NCBI GenBank assembly: GCA_022865905.1
Contig: JALHUM010000040.1
Coordinates: 1 to 56,747 of the forward strand
Source: Anaerolineales bacterium
GTDB lineage: Bacteria > Chloroflexota > Anaerolineae > Anaerolineales > Villigracilaceae
Direction: 5' to 3'
DNA length: 56,747 nucleotides
The notes under the pieces are model-generated. The model did no database searches, was not told the DNA's origin, and saw only the letters and a program-made list of their open reading frames with translations. The position numbers and the translations under genes are program-made. Shown here one piece after another: positions 43,059 through 51,595 of the stretch; the first letter of the stretch is position 1, and the number at the start of each line of letters is the position of its first letter.

Positions 43059-44231
43059 ATGAATATGAAAGGGAAAGCAACTTTACTTGTATTCCTCTCT
43101 GTGCTGGTGCTTACGTTGATGGCCTGTCAGATTACCGGCCTTATCCCGTTCCAACTGACTGCTTCGCCGACTGCTGCACCCCAGACAACCCTGGCACCCC
43201 TTCCCGGTGGCCAGACCGACCTGGTCAGCCAGCAGGATCGGATGGTGGCGATCTATGGCCAGGTCAGCCCAGGCGTGGTGACGATCCAGACCTCCCAGTT
43301 GGATGGCACGCCGGTCGGCCTCGGCTCCGGCTGGGTCTACAGCGCCGACGGCTACATCGTGACCAACCAGCATGTCGTAGAAGGGGCGGACAAGGTCGAG
43401 GTGGACTTCCCCTCCGGCGATAAGGCCTTCGGGAACGTGGTGGGCACCGACCTGGATTCTGATCTGGCCGTGATCAAGGTGGATGTCCCTGCGGCGGTAT
43501 TGCATCCGCTCACTTTGGGTGATTCTGACCAGCTCAAGGTCGGGCAGATCGTGGTAGCCATCGGCAATCCATTCGGGCTGAACGGCACGATGACGACCGG
43601 CATCGTCTCTGCCCTGGGCCGGGCTCTTCAATCGAAACGCCAGGCGCCGGGCGGAAGCGGTTCTTACTTCTCGGCCGGCGACATCATCCAGACCGACGCG
43701 GCGCTCAATCCCGGCAACTCGGGCGGGCCGCTACTGAACCTGAACGGCGAGGTGGTCGGCGTGAACCGCGCCATCCGCACGACCAGTACCACCACGAGCG
43801 GCGATCTGACCAACTCAGGGATTGGTTTTGCCATCTCGATCAATATCGTCAAGCGGGTCGTGCCATATTTGATCCAGGATGGGAAGTATGATTATCCCTA
43901 TTTGGGCATCACTTCCATTGACGATTTGCCGCTTCAATATCTCCAGGAATTAGCGCTGACGCAATATACCGGGGCCTATGTCACCAGTGTGGCGCCCGGC
44001 AGCCCGGCGAACCAGGCTGGGGTGCGCGCCGGTACACAGGCGACCAGCATTCAAGGCCTGGAGGCCGGTGGAGACCTGATCATTGCGATTGATGGTCATA
44101 CCGTGCTGCATTTCGATGATCTGCTCAAATACCTGTTTAATAATAAGTCGCCCGGCGAAACGGTCGTGTTGACCGTTCTGCGCGGCGATCAGCAGGTGGA
44201 TCTGACCTTGACCCTGGGCAGGCGCCCTTGA
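43059..44231 (+). CDS. HtrA/DegP-family serine protease with PDZ domain
   Basis: A signal or anchor segment, a trypsin-like domain (..VTNQHVV.., ..DLAVIK.., GNSGGPLLN), and a C-terminal PDZ domain (..GAYVTSVAPGSPANQAGV..). Confidence 0.9.
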   Translation: MNMKGKATLLVFLSVLVLTLMACQITGLIPFQLTASPTAAPQTTLAPLPGGQTDLVSQQDRMVAIYGQVSPGVVTIQTSQLDGTPVGLGSGWVYSADGYIVTNQHVVEGADKVEVDFPSGDKAFGNVVGTDLDSDLAVIKVDVPAAVLHPLTLGDSDQLKVGQIVVAIGNPFGLNGTMTTGIVSALGRALQSKRQAPGGSGSYFSAGDIIQTDAALNPGNSGGPLLNLNGEVVGVNRAIRTTSTTTSGDLTNSGIGFAISINIVKRVVPYLIQDGKYDYPYLGITSIDDLPLQYLQELALTQYTGAYVTSVAPGSPANQAGVRAGTQATSIQGLEAGGDLIIAIDGHTVLHFDDLLKYLFNNKSPGETVVLTVLRGDQQVDLTLTLGRRP

Positions 44232-44336
44232 TATTCTGGAAGGAGGTAGAACGCCGCTTTCTTAGCCGGAAACTCTGATTCACCCGGCCAGACCGGTCAT
44301 CCTTCTGGATGATCGAAAATTCCACAGGAGGTTAAC

Positions 44337-45434
44337 ATGATCGCTGATCGCGAACTGCAGGAATTGCTCAATTTTTCCAGCCCAGAGACGGTACTCAGCG
44401 TTTACCTGAATACAGATCCAGCGGAGGGCAATGCCGAAGCGCACAAGCTGCGCTTACGCAGTATGCTCGAGGTGGTTAGCCTGCCAGAAGATAAGGCCGC
44501 AGTATTGGAATACTTTGAACACGCGCGCGAATGGAAAGGACGCAGTGTAGCGATCTTTTCCTGTACGGCGCGTGATTTTTTCCGCGCCTACCCGCTAGCC
44601 GTGCCGTTGCGCAGCCGGGTGCGGGTGGGGGATCATCCCCACGTCAAGCCGCTGGCCGATCTTCTGGACGCCTTCGGCGCGTATGGCGTGGCGCTGGTTG
44701 ACAAGCAGGGCGCGCGGCTGTTTTTGTTTCACCTTGGGGAGCTGATCGAACAGGAAGGTGTTTTAGGCGAGGCAGTCCGTCACACCAAGCGCGGCGGGGC
44801 TTCGAGCGTCCGGGGGCAGCGCGGCGGCACAGCCGGGCAGACGCGTTATTCGGAGGAGGTGGTTGCCCGTAACATCAAGGACGCGGTGGAATTTGCCGTC
44901 CGTTTTTTCGAGGAGAACCGGGTGCGCCGTATCCTGATCGGCGGCACGGACGATAACGTGGCACAGTTCCGCACCTATTTGACCAAGGCCTGGCAGAGTC
45001 TGGTGGTGGGCACTTTCCCGATGAGCATGACGGCGAAACATACCGAGGTGTTGGCCCGTGCGATGGAAATCGGTCAGCAGGCCGAACGTCGCCGCGAGGC
45101 GCGGTTGGTGGATGAGGTCATCACCAAAGCAGCCAAGGGCGCGGGCGGTGTCGTCCGCCTGGATGAGACATTGAGCGCAGTCCACGAGGGGCGCGTCCAG
45201 ACCCTGATCGTGCAAGAGGGCTACCAATCAGCTGGTTATCAGTGCGCTGGCTGTGGCTACCTGACCACGCAGGAACTGGATGCCTGCCCCTTCTGTAGCA
45301 AGGATTTTGCCCGGATCGAGGACGCGGTCGAGATGGCCGTTCGCAAGGTGATGCAATCCGGCGGGGATGTGGAGATCGTGCGCGATAATCCCTCACTGGA
45401 AAAAGTGGGGATTGGCGCGTTGCTGCGATATTGA
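44337..45434 (+). CDS. bacterial archaeo-eukaryotic release factor 1-like (baeRF/VLRF1-type) protein with zinc-ribbon insert
   Basis: 365 aa. ..VLSVYLNTDP.., a central loop HTKRGGASSVRGQRGGTAGQTRY reminiscent of the eRF1 GGQ loop, and a C-terminal eRF1_3-like domain with CAGCG..CPFC. Confidence 0.6.
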   Translation: MIADRELQELLNFSSPETVLSVYLNTDPAEGNAEAHKLRLRSMLEVVSLPEDKAAVLEYFEHAREWKGRSVAIFSCTARDFFRAYPLAVPLRSRVRVGDHPHVKPLADLLDAFGAYGVALVDKQGARLFLFHLGELIEQEGVLGEAVRHTKRGGASSVRGQRGGTAGQTRYSEEVVARNIKDAVEFAVRFFEENRVRRILIGGTDDNVAQFRTYLTKAWQSLVVGTFPMSMTAKHTEVLARAMEIGQQAERRREARLVDEVITKAAKGAGGVVRLDETLSAVHEGRVQTLIVQEGYQSAGYQCAGCGYLTTQELDACPFCSKDFARIEDAVEMAVRKVMQSGGDVEIVRDNPSLEKVGIGALLRY

Positions 45435-45490
45435 AAAAGAGTGGGGCGGGATCCAATCCCGCTACACTTGGACCGAAAGAAGGTCAAAAT

Positions 45491-45538
45491 CACGAAGGTA
45501 CAAAGACATGAAGGAAAGTGATTCTTTGTGCCTTCTTG
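45491..45538. repeat. CACGAAGGTACAAAGA / TCTTTGTGCCTTCTTG palindromic repeat
   Basis: 16-bp arms with 2 mismatches and a 16-nt loop. Same family as 3983..4024 and 51006..51072. Confidence 0.65.
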
Positions 45539-45613
45539 TAATCGAGGTGATGCTATGGATTATTCTTGTATCTTTGCCAGGAGGGCAAAGCCCGACGAAG
45601 CAATCCCCCCTGT

Positions 45614-46255
45614 TTACGCAAATCGTTCTTCCTTCCAGACATCCGCGCTGTTGTGATATCCCGCCTGTTCCCAAAAGCCCAAACGGTCCAGGCGCATGAA
45701 CTCCAGCCCGCGCAGCCATTTGGCGCCCTTCCAAAAGTAGGGCGCTTTGATTTCCTCGTGGCCGGGGATGGCGCCAACCACCCCGCGCAAGGGAGAGCCG
45801 TGATTGGGCGTGAGCGGCTCGCCGTTGAAGTGGGTCGCTAATAAGAAGTTATCCTGCAAGACCACCTCGAGCGGCAAATTAACAGTGAAGCCATACTCGG
45901 TGTGCTGCATGACGAACCTGGCGCTCGGCAGGGGTTTGATCAGACCCTGCTCGACCAGCATTCGCACCGAAACACCTTCCCAAACGGTATCGAACTTACT
46001 CCAGCGCGTCACGCAATGGATATCTAGGTTGATTTTGGCGTGCGGCAGTTCGTTGAACTCAGCCCATGTCCAGTGCGCTTCCTTCTCGACCTCGCCCCAG
46101 ACGCGGAAATCCCACGTCGCCGGGTTGAAGGGTGGCACCGGCCCGTAGTGCAGGACAGGGAACTTGAGCGTCAGCACCTGGCCGGGGGGCAGGCGGCCTT
46201 CATCGCCGACGCGTTCCTCTTCTTTGCGGCGGTCAGGGCCTTCGAAGTTGAGCAT
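45614..46255 (-). CDS. sulfite-oxidase-like molybdopterin oxidoreductase domain protein
   Basis: 213 aa. ..LPPGQ.., ..FPVLHYG.., ..IHCVTRWS.., ..FNGEPLTPNHG.PLR.VV..... resemble the Oxidored_molyb (YedY/SorA-like) domain. Confidence 0.7.
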   Translation of the reverse strand: MLNFEGPDRRKEEERVGDEGRLPPGQVLTLKFPVLHYGPVPPFNPATWDFRVWGEVEKEAHWTWAEFNELPHAKINLDIHCVTRWSKFDTVWEGVSVRMLVEQGLIKPLPSARFVMQHTEYGFTVNLPLEVVLQDNFLLATHFNGEPLTPNHGSPLRGVVGAIPGHEEIKAPYFWKGAKWLRGLEFMRLDRLGFWEQAGYHNSADVWKEERFA

Positions 46256-46320
46256 AAGTAGAGTACTCCTGTCCGAATTATAACACGCCTGTGAAATCCA
46301 CCTTACGGTATAATTTCCTC

Positions 46321-47328
46321 GTGTCCCGTATCTGTATTATTCCCCAAGCCTCCAATGTGGGGGGTGTCACTACCTTCCAGCAGAAGCTCACCATAGGTTT
46401 GGCGCGGCGCGGCGTGGAGGTCAGTCATGACCTCGGCGACATGCCCTACGAGGCCGTGCTGCTGACCAGTGGCACGCGTCAGCTATTGGGGTTGTGGCAG
46501 GCCAAACAGCGCGGCATTCCCATCGTCCAGCGGCTGGATGGGGTCAATTGGATCCATCGCCAGCGGCGCACGGGCTGGCGTCACTTCCTGCGCGCCGAGT
46601 ATGGCAACCGGCTGCTGGCCTTCGTTCGCGCTCGCATCGCCAGCCGGATCGTCTACCAGTCCGAGTTCGTGCGCGGCTGGTGGGAGGACTGGTTCGGCGC
46701 GGGGCGCGTCCCGAGCGTTGTCATCCACAATGGTGTGGATTTGCAGATATATTCACCGGTGGGCCAGATTGCCAATTTGCCCTACAGATTGCTGGTCGTG
46801 GAAGGCAGCTTGGGCGGCGGGTATGATTTGGGATTGGAATGGGCTGTCCGGCTGGCAGAACTGTTGACCGAGAAGCACAAGATTCCGATGGAATTGATGG
46901 TCGTCGGCCGCCTCTCCTCAGATCTTCAGTCTGCCTGGCAGAACCGCAGCCGCGTGCCCATCCTGTGGGCTGGGATCGTGCCCGGCGAGCGCATCCCAGA
47001 GATTGACCGCTCGGCGCACCTGCTCTTTTCGGCTGACCTGAACTCGGCCTGCCCGAACTCGGTTATCGAGGCGCTGGCCTGTGGCCTACCGGTCGTGTCC
47101 TTCAGCACCGGCGCTTTGCCGGAACTTGTGACCGGCGATGCCGGCCGCCTGGTCCCATACGGCGGCAACCCCTGGCGGATTGATCCTCCCGATCTGCCCG
47201 GCCTGGCTGCGGCTGCGGCGCAAATTCTTCAGGATATGCCGCGCTTCCGGGCCGCGGCGCGGGCGCGCGCCGTGGATGCGTTTTCGTTAGGGAGGATGGT
47301 TGATAATTACCTGGAGGCCTTGCTATGA
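46321..47328 (+). CDS. GT4-family (GT-B fold) glycosyltransferase
   Basis: ORF 46291..47328, with GTG 46321 preferred (VSRICIIPQ..GGV). C-terminal E-x7-E-like region: ..CPNSVIEALACGLPVV... Confidence 0.75.
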   Translation: MSRICIIPQASNVGGVTTFQQKLTIGLARRGVEVSHDLGDMPYEAVLLTSGTRQLLGLWQAKQRGIPIVQRLDGVNWIHRQRRTGWRHFLRAEYGNRLLAFVRARIASRIVYQSEFVRGWWEDWFGAGRVPSVVIHNGVDLQIYSPVGQIANLPYRLLVVEGSLGGGYDLGLEWAVRLAELLTEKHKIPMELMVVGRLSSDLQSAWQNRSRVPILWAGIVPGERIPEIDRSAHLLFSADLNSACPNSVIEALACGLPVVSFSTGALPELVTGDAGRLVPYGGNPWRIDPPDLPGLAAAAAQILQDMPRFRAAARARAVDAFSLGRMVDNYLEALL

Positions 47329-47765
47329 ACGATCCTGAAGTTCTTGCTTTTCTACAAAAGCATTTGCAATCCATTCAAGAAAATGACCTAAAAACTTATC
47401 ATGAGACCACCGCCGAAGGCCTGACCTTATACGAGTGGTGGGTCACGCCGCACCGCATTGACGGCATCCCTTTTCATGATTTCATGATGAGTGCCAATGC
47501 AAAGCAGGGCACGGTCTTCGGCATGGAGGGGCGGGAGAAAGATGAGACCCCTATCCGCATTGACCTCTCGAACCTGCACATTCAACGCTATGGGGATGCT
47601 GCTATTGCCAGTTACACGCTGCTGGTCAGCACCGCCCTGCCCGAAGGCGTGCGAGTGGCTTCCCACAACGAAAGCCGCGTGATGGTCAAAGTGGATGGCG
47701 CGTGGAAGGTTGTCCATGTGCATAAATCTCCGGCCTGGAATGCGCCACACGTAAGTAACCAGTAA
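47325..47765 (+). CDS. NTF2-like (SnoaL/DUF4440-type) small protein
   Basis: 146 aa with the alpha+beta cone pattern (..A.ASYTLLV.........SRVMVKVDGAWKVVHVH..). 4-nt overlap with the GT4 stop. Confidence 0.55.
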   Translation: MNDPEVLAFLQKHLQSIQENDLKTYHETTAEGLTLYEWWVTPHRIDGIPFHDFMMSANAKQGTVFGMEGREKDETPIRIDLSNLHIQRYGDAAIASYTLLVSTALPEGVRVASHNESRVMVKVDGAWKVVHVHKSPAWNAPHVSNQ

Positions 47766-47841
47766 TCAGTCATCAGCGATCGGTTCTTAGACTAGTAACT
47801 GGTCACTGATAACTGGTAAATGATCACTGGCAACCGATGAC
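47751..47841. repeat. two opposed heptanucleotide arrays
   Basis: The first block is GTAAGTA ACCAGTA ATCAGTC ATCAGCG ATCGGTT. The second, in opposite orientation, is AGTAACT GGTCACT GATAACT GGTAAAT GATCACT GGCAACC GATGACT. Together they span the NTF2-like stop and the FkbM start. Confidence 0.75.
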
Positions 47842-48766
47842 TAACCCTCTAATTTCTCTCGCCGCTTTTACCGCCCGGATTTTGCCCACACCTGTCAAAC
47901 AGGCTGTTTACAAGATCGGTCCGCTGGCGCGCTGGATACGCGGCTCGCTGAATAAGGCCGCTCCAACTGGATTGACTCCGGTCAAAGTCGCGGCGGGCGG
48001 CTTGGCCGGGTTCACGCTCTTGCTCGACATGCAGACCGAGAAGGATTACTGGCTGGGCACCTATGAGCCTGAATTGGAAGCAGCCTTGCGCGACCTGGTC
48101 AAGCCCGGCATGGTCGCCTACGATGTCGGCGCGAACATCGGCTACGTGACTTTGCTCCTGGCACGTGCCGTAGGAGAGAGGAGCCATGTCTTCGCCTTCG
48201 AAGCCCTGCCATCCAACGTCGAGCGTCTGCGCACCAACATTGGACTTAACAGCATGGAGGCGCGGGTGACGGTCGTCGCCAGGGCGGTGGGAGCAAGCTC
48301 AGCCTCCGTCCGCTTCCTGGTGCACGAATCGGGGGGCATGGGCAAGGCCGAAGGGTCGGCTGGACGCGCGGGCCAGTACGAGTCGTCAATTACCGTTCCG
48401 GGAATCTCACTGGACGAGTTCGTCTATGGCCAGGTCAATCCCCCTCCGCAGGTCATCAAAATGGACATCGAGGGCGGGGAGGTGCTGGCCCTGCCTGGGA
48501 TGCGCCGCCTGCTGGTGAAGGCGCGTCCGCTAATGTTGATGGAGCTGCACGGCCCGGAATCAGCGGGCGCGGCCTGGGATGCGCTGACCGTCGCCGGGTA
48601 TCAGATTTGCTGGATGAAGCCTGGTTATCCGCCGGTGCCTTCGCTGGAGGCGCTGGACTGGAAGGCTTATCTCATTGCAGAACCGAAACCCCTCACTCCT
48701 GCCTCTCTCCCGCTTGCCCCCTCCGGGGGTGCTTCGCGAGGAGAGGGGGTGAGGGAGAGTGGTTGA
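47837..48766 (+). CDS. FkbM-family SAM-dependent methyltransferase
   Basis: ..AYDVGANIGYVTLLLA.., ..VFAFEALP.., ..IKMDIEGGEVLAL... The last 25 aa (PLTPASLPLAPSGGASRGEGVRESG) are read from a palindromic repeat. Confidence 0.75.
   Translation: MTNPLISLAAFTARILPTPVKQAVYKIGPLARWIRGSLNKAAPTGLTPVKVAAGGLAGFTLLLDMQTEKDYWLGTYEPELEAALRDLVKPGMVAYDVGANIGYVTLLLARAVGERSHVFAFEALPSNVERLRTNIGLNSMEARVTVVARAVGASSASVRFLVHESGGMGKAEGSAGRAGQYESSITVPGISLDEFVYGQVNPPPQVIKMDIEGGEVLALPGMRRLLVKARPLMLMELHGPESAGAAWDALTVAGYQICWMKPGYPPVPSLEALDWKAYLIAEPKPLTPASLPLAPSGGASRGEGVRESG
48689..48759. repeat. CCCCTCACTCC..CTCTCC / GGAGAG..GGGTGAGGG palindromic repeat
   Basis: CCCCTCACTCCTGCCTCTCTCCCGCTTGCCCCCTCCGGGGGTGCTTCGCGAGGAGAGGGGGTGAGGGAGAG. 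Same family as 18516..18563. Confidence 0.65.
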
Positions 48767-48768
48767 GA

Positions 48769-50226
48769 ATGCAAAAAAGCCCTGCTCTTCTCTCGAAAAA
48801 CAGTGGGGATTGGCTCTACCTGGGCCTGGTTTTGTTCTTCATCCTGACGATTGCTTTCTTATTGCTGGTCACGCCCAACGATTACTGGTGGTACGTGCGC
48901 ATCGGGCGGGACACGTTGCAGTCTGGCGCGGTTCCTACCGTTGACGCCTTGAGTACCACCCAGGCTGGCTCGCTGGTGGTTTACCACTCCTGGCTTTCGG
49001 CGGTGCTTTTCTGGCTGCTCTACTGCGCCGGAGGCCTCCCGTTGACGGTGCTGGCACGCGGAGTATGCCTCGCCCTGGCTTACGCGCTGATCTGGCGCCT
49101 GGCGCGCCGGGCCGGGAGCGGCGCGAAGCTGGCCAGCCTGCTGACCCTGTTGGCGGCGCTGGCTTCCTTCAATAACTGGTCCATGCGCCCGCAGATTTTT
49201 GCATACCCACTTTTTACGCTCGCGTTGTGGGCATTATACCGTTGGCAGCAAGGGGAAGGAAAAATAGCTTGGCTGCTGCCGGTTGCCAGCCTGCTGTGGG
49301 TCAACCTGCACGGCTCGTTTGTCATGCTATTTCTGTTGGCAGGAGCCGCGCTGGTCTTCGGCGCGGGTAATCGCAAAGAGCTTGTTCTGGCGCTGGGAGC
49401 CTCGCTCGCTGTGACCCTGGTCAACCCGCGTGGCTTCGGCGCGTGGACGTACGTGGTTACCTCCTTGAGCGCCCCCTCCAGCCAGGTGTTCAGCGTGGAG
49501 TGGAGTCCACCGATTAACACTGGCTGGCAGATGAACCTGTTTTTCATCTGGCTGCTGGGCTTCCCTTTCCTGGCGGCTTTCTCGCCGCGCAAGCTCTCCC
49601 GCCTGGAATGGGTTTGGTTCCTGGGCTTTGGCCTGCTTGCACTATGGGGCGAGCGGTACGTCATCTGGTTCGTCTTGATCTTGACTGTACTGACAGCTTC
49701 TTTGGTGGCCGAATGGGGCCAAAGATGGATGGACCGCCCGCGCCGGGGTGGAATCCCAGCTTTAGATTTCTCGCTGGCGATCCTGTTCATCGTCATGCCG
49801 CTGGCTGTTCTGCCAAGCCTGCGCGAGGGCTGGTGGGACAAGGCTCCAACTCCGCTCGAAAATACGCCTGTCCAGGCGGTGGAATGGCTGGCGAGGCACC
49901 CCGAATTGCCCGGCCCGCTGTGGAGTGAGATCGGCTTTTCGAGTTACCTCGAATTCGCCTTGCCCTCCCGTCCGACCTGGATAGACACCCGTTTCGAGGT
50001 CTTCCCGGTGGAACAATGGGAGCAATACCGGGCGATCAACAGAGGCGAGTGGAACTGGCAGGCGCTTCTGGACGAGGCGGCGGTCAATTTGCTGATGGTT
50101 TCGAAGAGCGAGCAGCCGCGCCTGCTTTCCGCGCTGGAGGCCTCTCCGGCCAGGTGTCCTGTCTACCGTGACGAGGTGGCGGTCATCTATCAGCGGAATA
50201 CAAGTGATTTGTGCGGGGGAAAATAA
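48769..50226 (+). CDS. polytopic membrane protein with C-terminal soluble domain (possible GT-C-like), unknown function
   Basis: ORF 48607..50226, with the start moved to ATG 48769 just after the FkbM stop. It has about 11 TM helices and a non-membrane domain of about 110 aa. The family was not recognisable by eye. Confidence 0.55.
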   Translation: MQKSPALLSKNSGDWLYLGLVLFFILTIAFLLLVTPNDYWWYVRIGRDTLQSGAVPTVDALSTTQAGSLVVYHSWLSAVLFWLLYCAGGLPLTVLARGVCLALAYALIWRLARRAGSGAKLASLLTLLAALASFNNWSMRPQIFAYPLFTLALWALYRWQQGEGKIAWLLPVASLLWVNLHGSFVMLFLLAGAALVFGAGNRKELVLALGASLAVTLVNPRGFGAWTYVVTSLSAPSSQVFSVEWSPPINTGWQMNLFFIWLLGFPFLAAFSPRKLSRLEWVWFLGFGLLALWGERYVIWFVLILTVLTASLVAEWGQRWMDRPRRGGIPALDFSLAILFIVMPLAVLPSLREGWWDKAPTPLENTPVQAVEWLARHPELPGPLWSEIGFSSYLEFALPSRPTWIDTRFEVFPVEQWEQYRAINRGEWNWQALLDEAAVNLLMVSKSEQPRLLSALEASPARCPVYRDEVAVIYQRNTSDLCGGK

Positions 50227-50227
50227 T

Positions 50228-51595
50228 ATGCGAGGTTACGCCCAGGCCGGCCTGGCTGGGGAATTAATTCCCCGGCTCAGCGTTCCCAAGTTGGCTAAAG
50301 CCGAATGGCGTGGACAGCCGGGTTCACCCGGCTTTGGGGAAAGTGCAAGGTTTTGGAAAAAAGAATGGACGACGATCCTTATCCTGTTCTTGTTTTTCCG
50401 CATCCTGTATTCACTCCTGGGCGTCCTCGAAGCCTCTGGCCCGGATCCAGAGCCGCTATCCGGCGGGCCGGTCTATGAGGCTGCGGCCACGCTTCTCAAG
50501 CAGGGCGCGGTCTCTCACGCGCTGGTCAACGTCTGGTTCCGCTGGGATACGGTCTGGTACCTCAAGATCGCCGCTTTTGGTTACAGCCCCCAGGACGGCA
50601 CGCTTGCCTTCATGCCGCTCTATCCCTGGTTGGTGCGCGGCCTGGGCGCTCTGACCGGAAATTACCTGCTCGCGGCGCTGATCATATCCAACCTGGCTTG
50701 CCTGCTCGCGCTGCTCCTGTTCTATGAGGTTGCTCTTGGCGAAGGAAGGGACAAAGAAACTGCCCTCCAGGCAACCTTTTTCCTTATCCTTTTCCCTTCT
50801 TCCTTCTTCCTTTATACTGCCTACACTGATTCGCTTTTCCTGGCGCTGGCGCTCGGGGCCTGGCTTTTTGCCCGGCACGGGAACTGGCTGGCGGCCGGTT
50901 TGCTCGCCGCGCTGGCCACCCTCTGCCGCCTGCAAGGCGCGCTGTTGAGCATTGTATTACTGTGGGCCTATTTGCCTGCCTGCGGGTTTGAGAGACTATC
51001 TAAAATTCACCACGAAGGAACACGAAGGAAAAGACTAATTTCCCCCTTTGTGACCCTTAATGTCCTTTGTGTTAAAAAGCTGAAAAAGCCAGATTGGCTG
51101 GCGCTCTTCCTTCCAGCCCTGACCTTCGCTGCCTATACCCTCTGGCTGCGGCTGACTGGTTGGGGTTCCATCCCGGCCACGCTCGAAACGCACTGGGGCA
51201 TCCGCACAGTTATGCCGGGGACGGGCTTCGGGCTGTTCCTGCAAAGGCTGGTCGGCGGGCAGCGCGTTTTCATTGACTACGTTGACCTGACACTCTTCCT
51301 CGTGATGTTGGTGCTCCTGGTCGTCGGCCTGTTCCGCCTCGATCCCGGCCTCTCACTTTACAACTTCCTGACCTTGTGCCTATTTTTTATGCGCGGCACG
51401 CCGCCCCACCTGTTGGATAGCTTTAGCCGTTACTTCCTGACCTTGTTCCCGGCGTTTATAATGGTAGCGCAGTTAGCTACCATTATCATCGGTAGTCTTC
51501 GTAACCGAATTTTGCAGATGGTTCTCTGGTCGGTTTCGATCGGTTTGCAGATTTTCCTGGTAATGGGTTTCTTGGATTGGAGATGGATCGCGTGA
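50228..51595 (+). CDS. PIG-V/GT-C-like membrane mannosyltransferase family protein
   Basis: ORF 50168..51595, with the start at ATG 50228. ..WFRWDTVWYLKIAAFGYS..DGTLAFMPLYPWLVR.. is the PIG-V-type signature. It has multiple TM helices and contains an in-frame repeat at 51006..51072. Confidence 0.65.
   Translation: MRGYAQAGLAGELIPRLSVPKLAKAEWRGQPGSPGFGESARFWKKEWTTILILFLFFRILYSLLGVLEASGPDPEPLSGGPVYEAAATLLKQGAVSHALVNVWFRWDTVWYLKIAAFGYSPQDGTLAFMPLYPWLVRGLGALTGNYLLAALIISNLACLLALLLFYEVALGEGRDKETALQATFFLILFPSSFFLYTAYTDSLFLALALGAWLFARHGNWLAAGLLAALATLCRLQGALLSIVLLWAYLPACGFERLSKIHHEGTRRKRLISPFVTLNVLCVKKLKKPDWLALFLPALTFAAYTLWLRLTGWGSIPATLETHWGIRTVMPGTGFGLFLQRLVGGQRVFIDYVDLTLFLVMLVLLVVGLFRLDPGLSLYNFLTLCLFFMRGTPPHLLDSFSRYFLTLFPAFIMVAQLATIIIGSLRNRILQMVLWSVSIGLQIFLVMGFLDWRWIA
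51006..51072. repeat. CACGAAGG-family palindromic repeat inside a coding sequence
   Basis: CACCACGAAGGAACACGAAGGAAAAGACTAATTTCCCCCTTTGTGACCCTTAATGTCCTTTGTG. It is translated as ..KIHHEGTRRKRLISPFVTLNVLCV... Confidence 0.55.
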
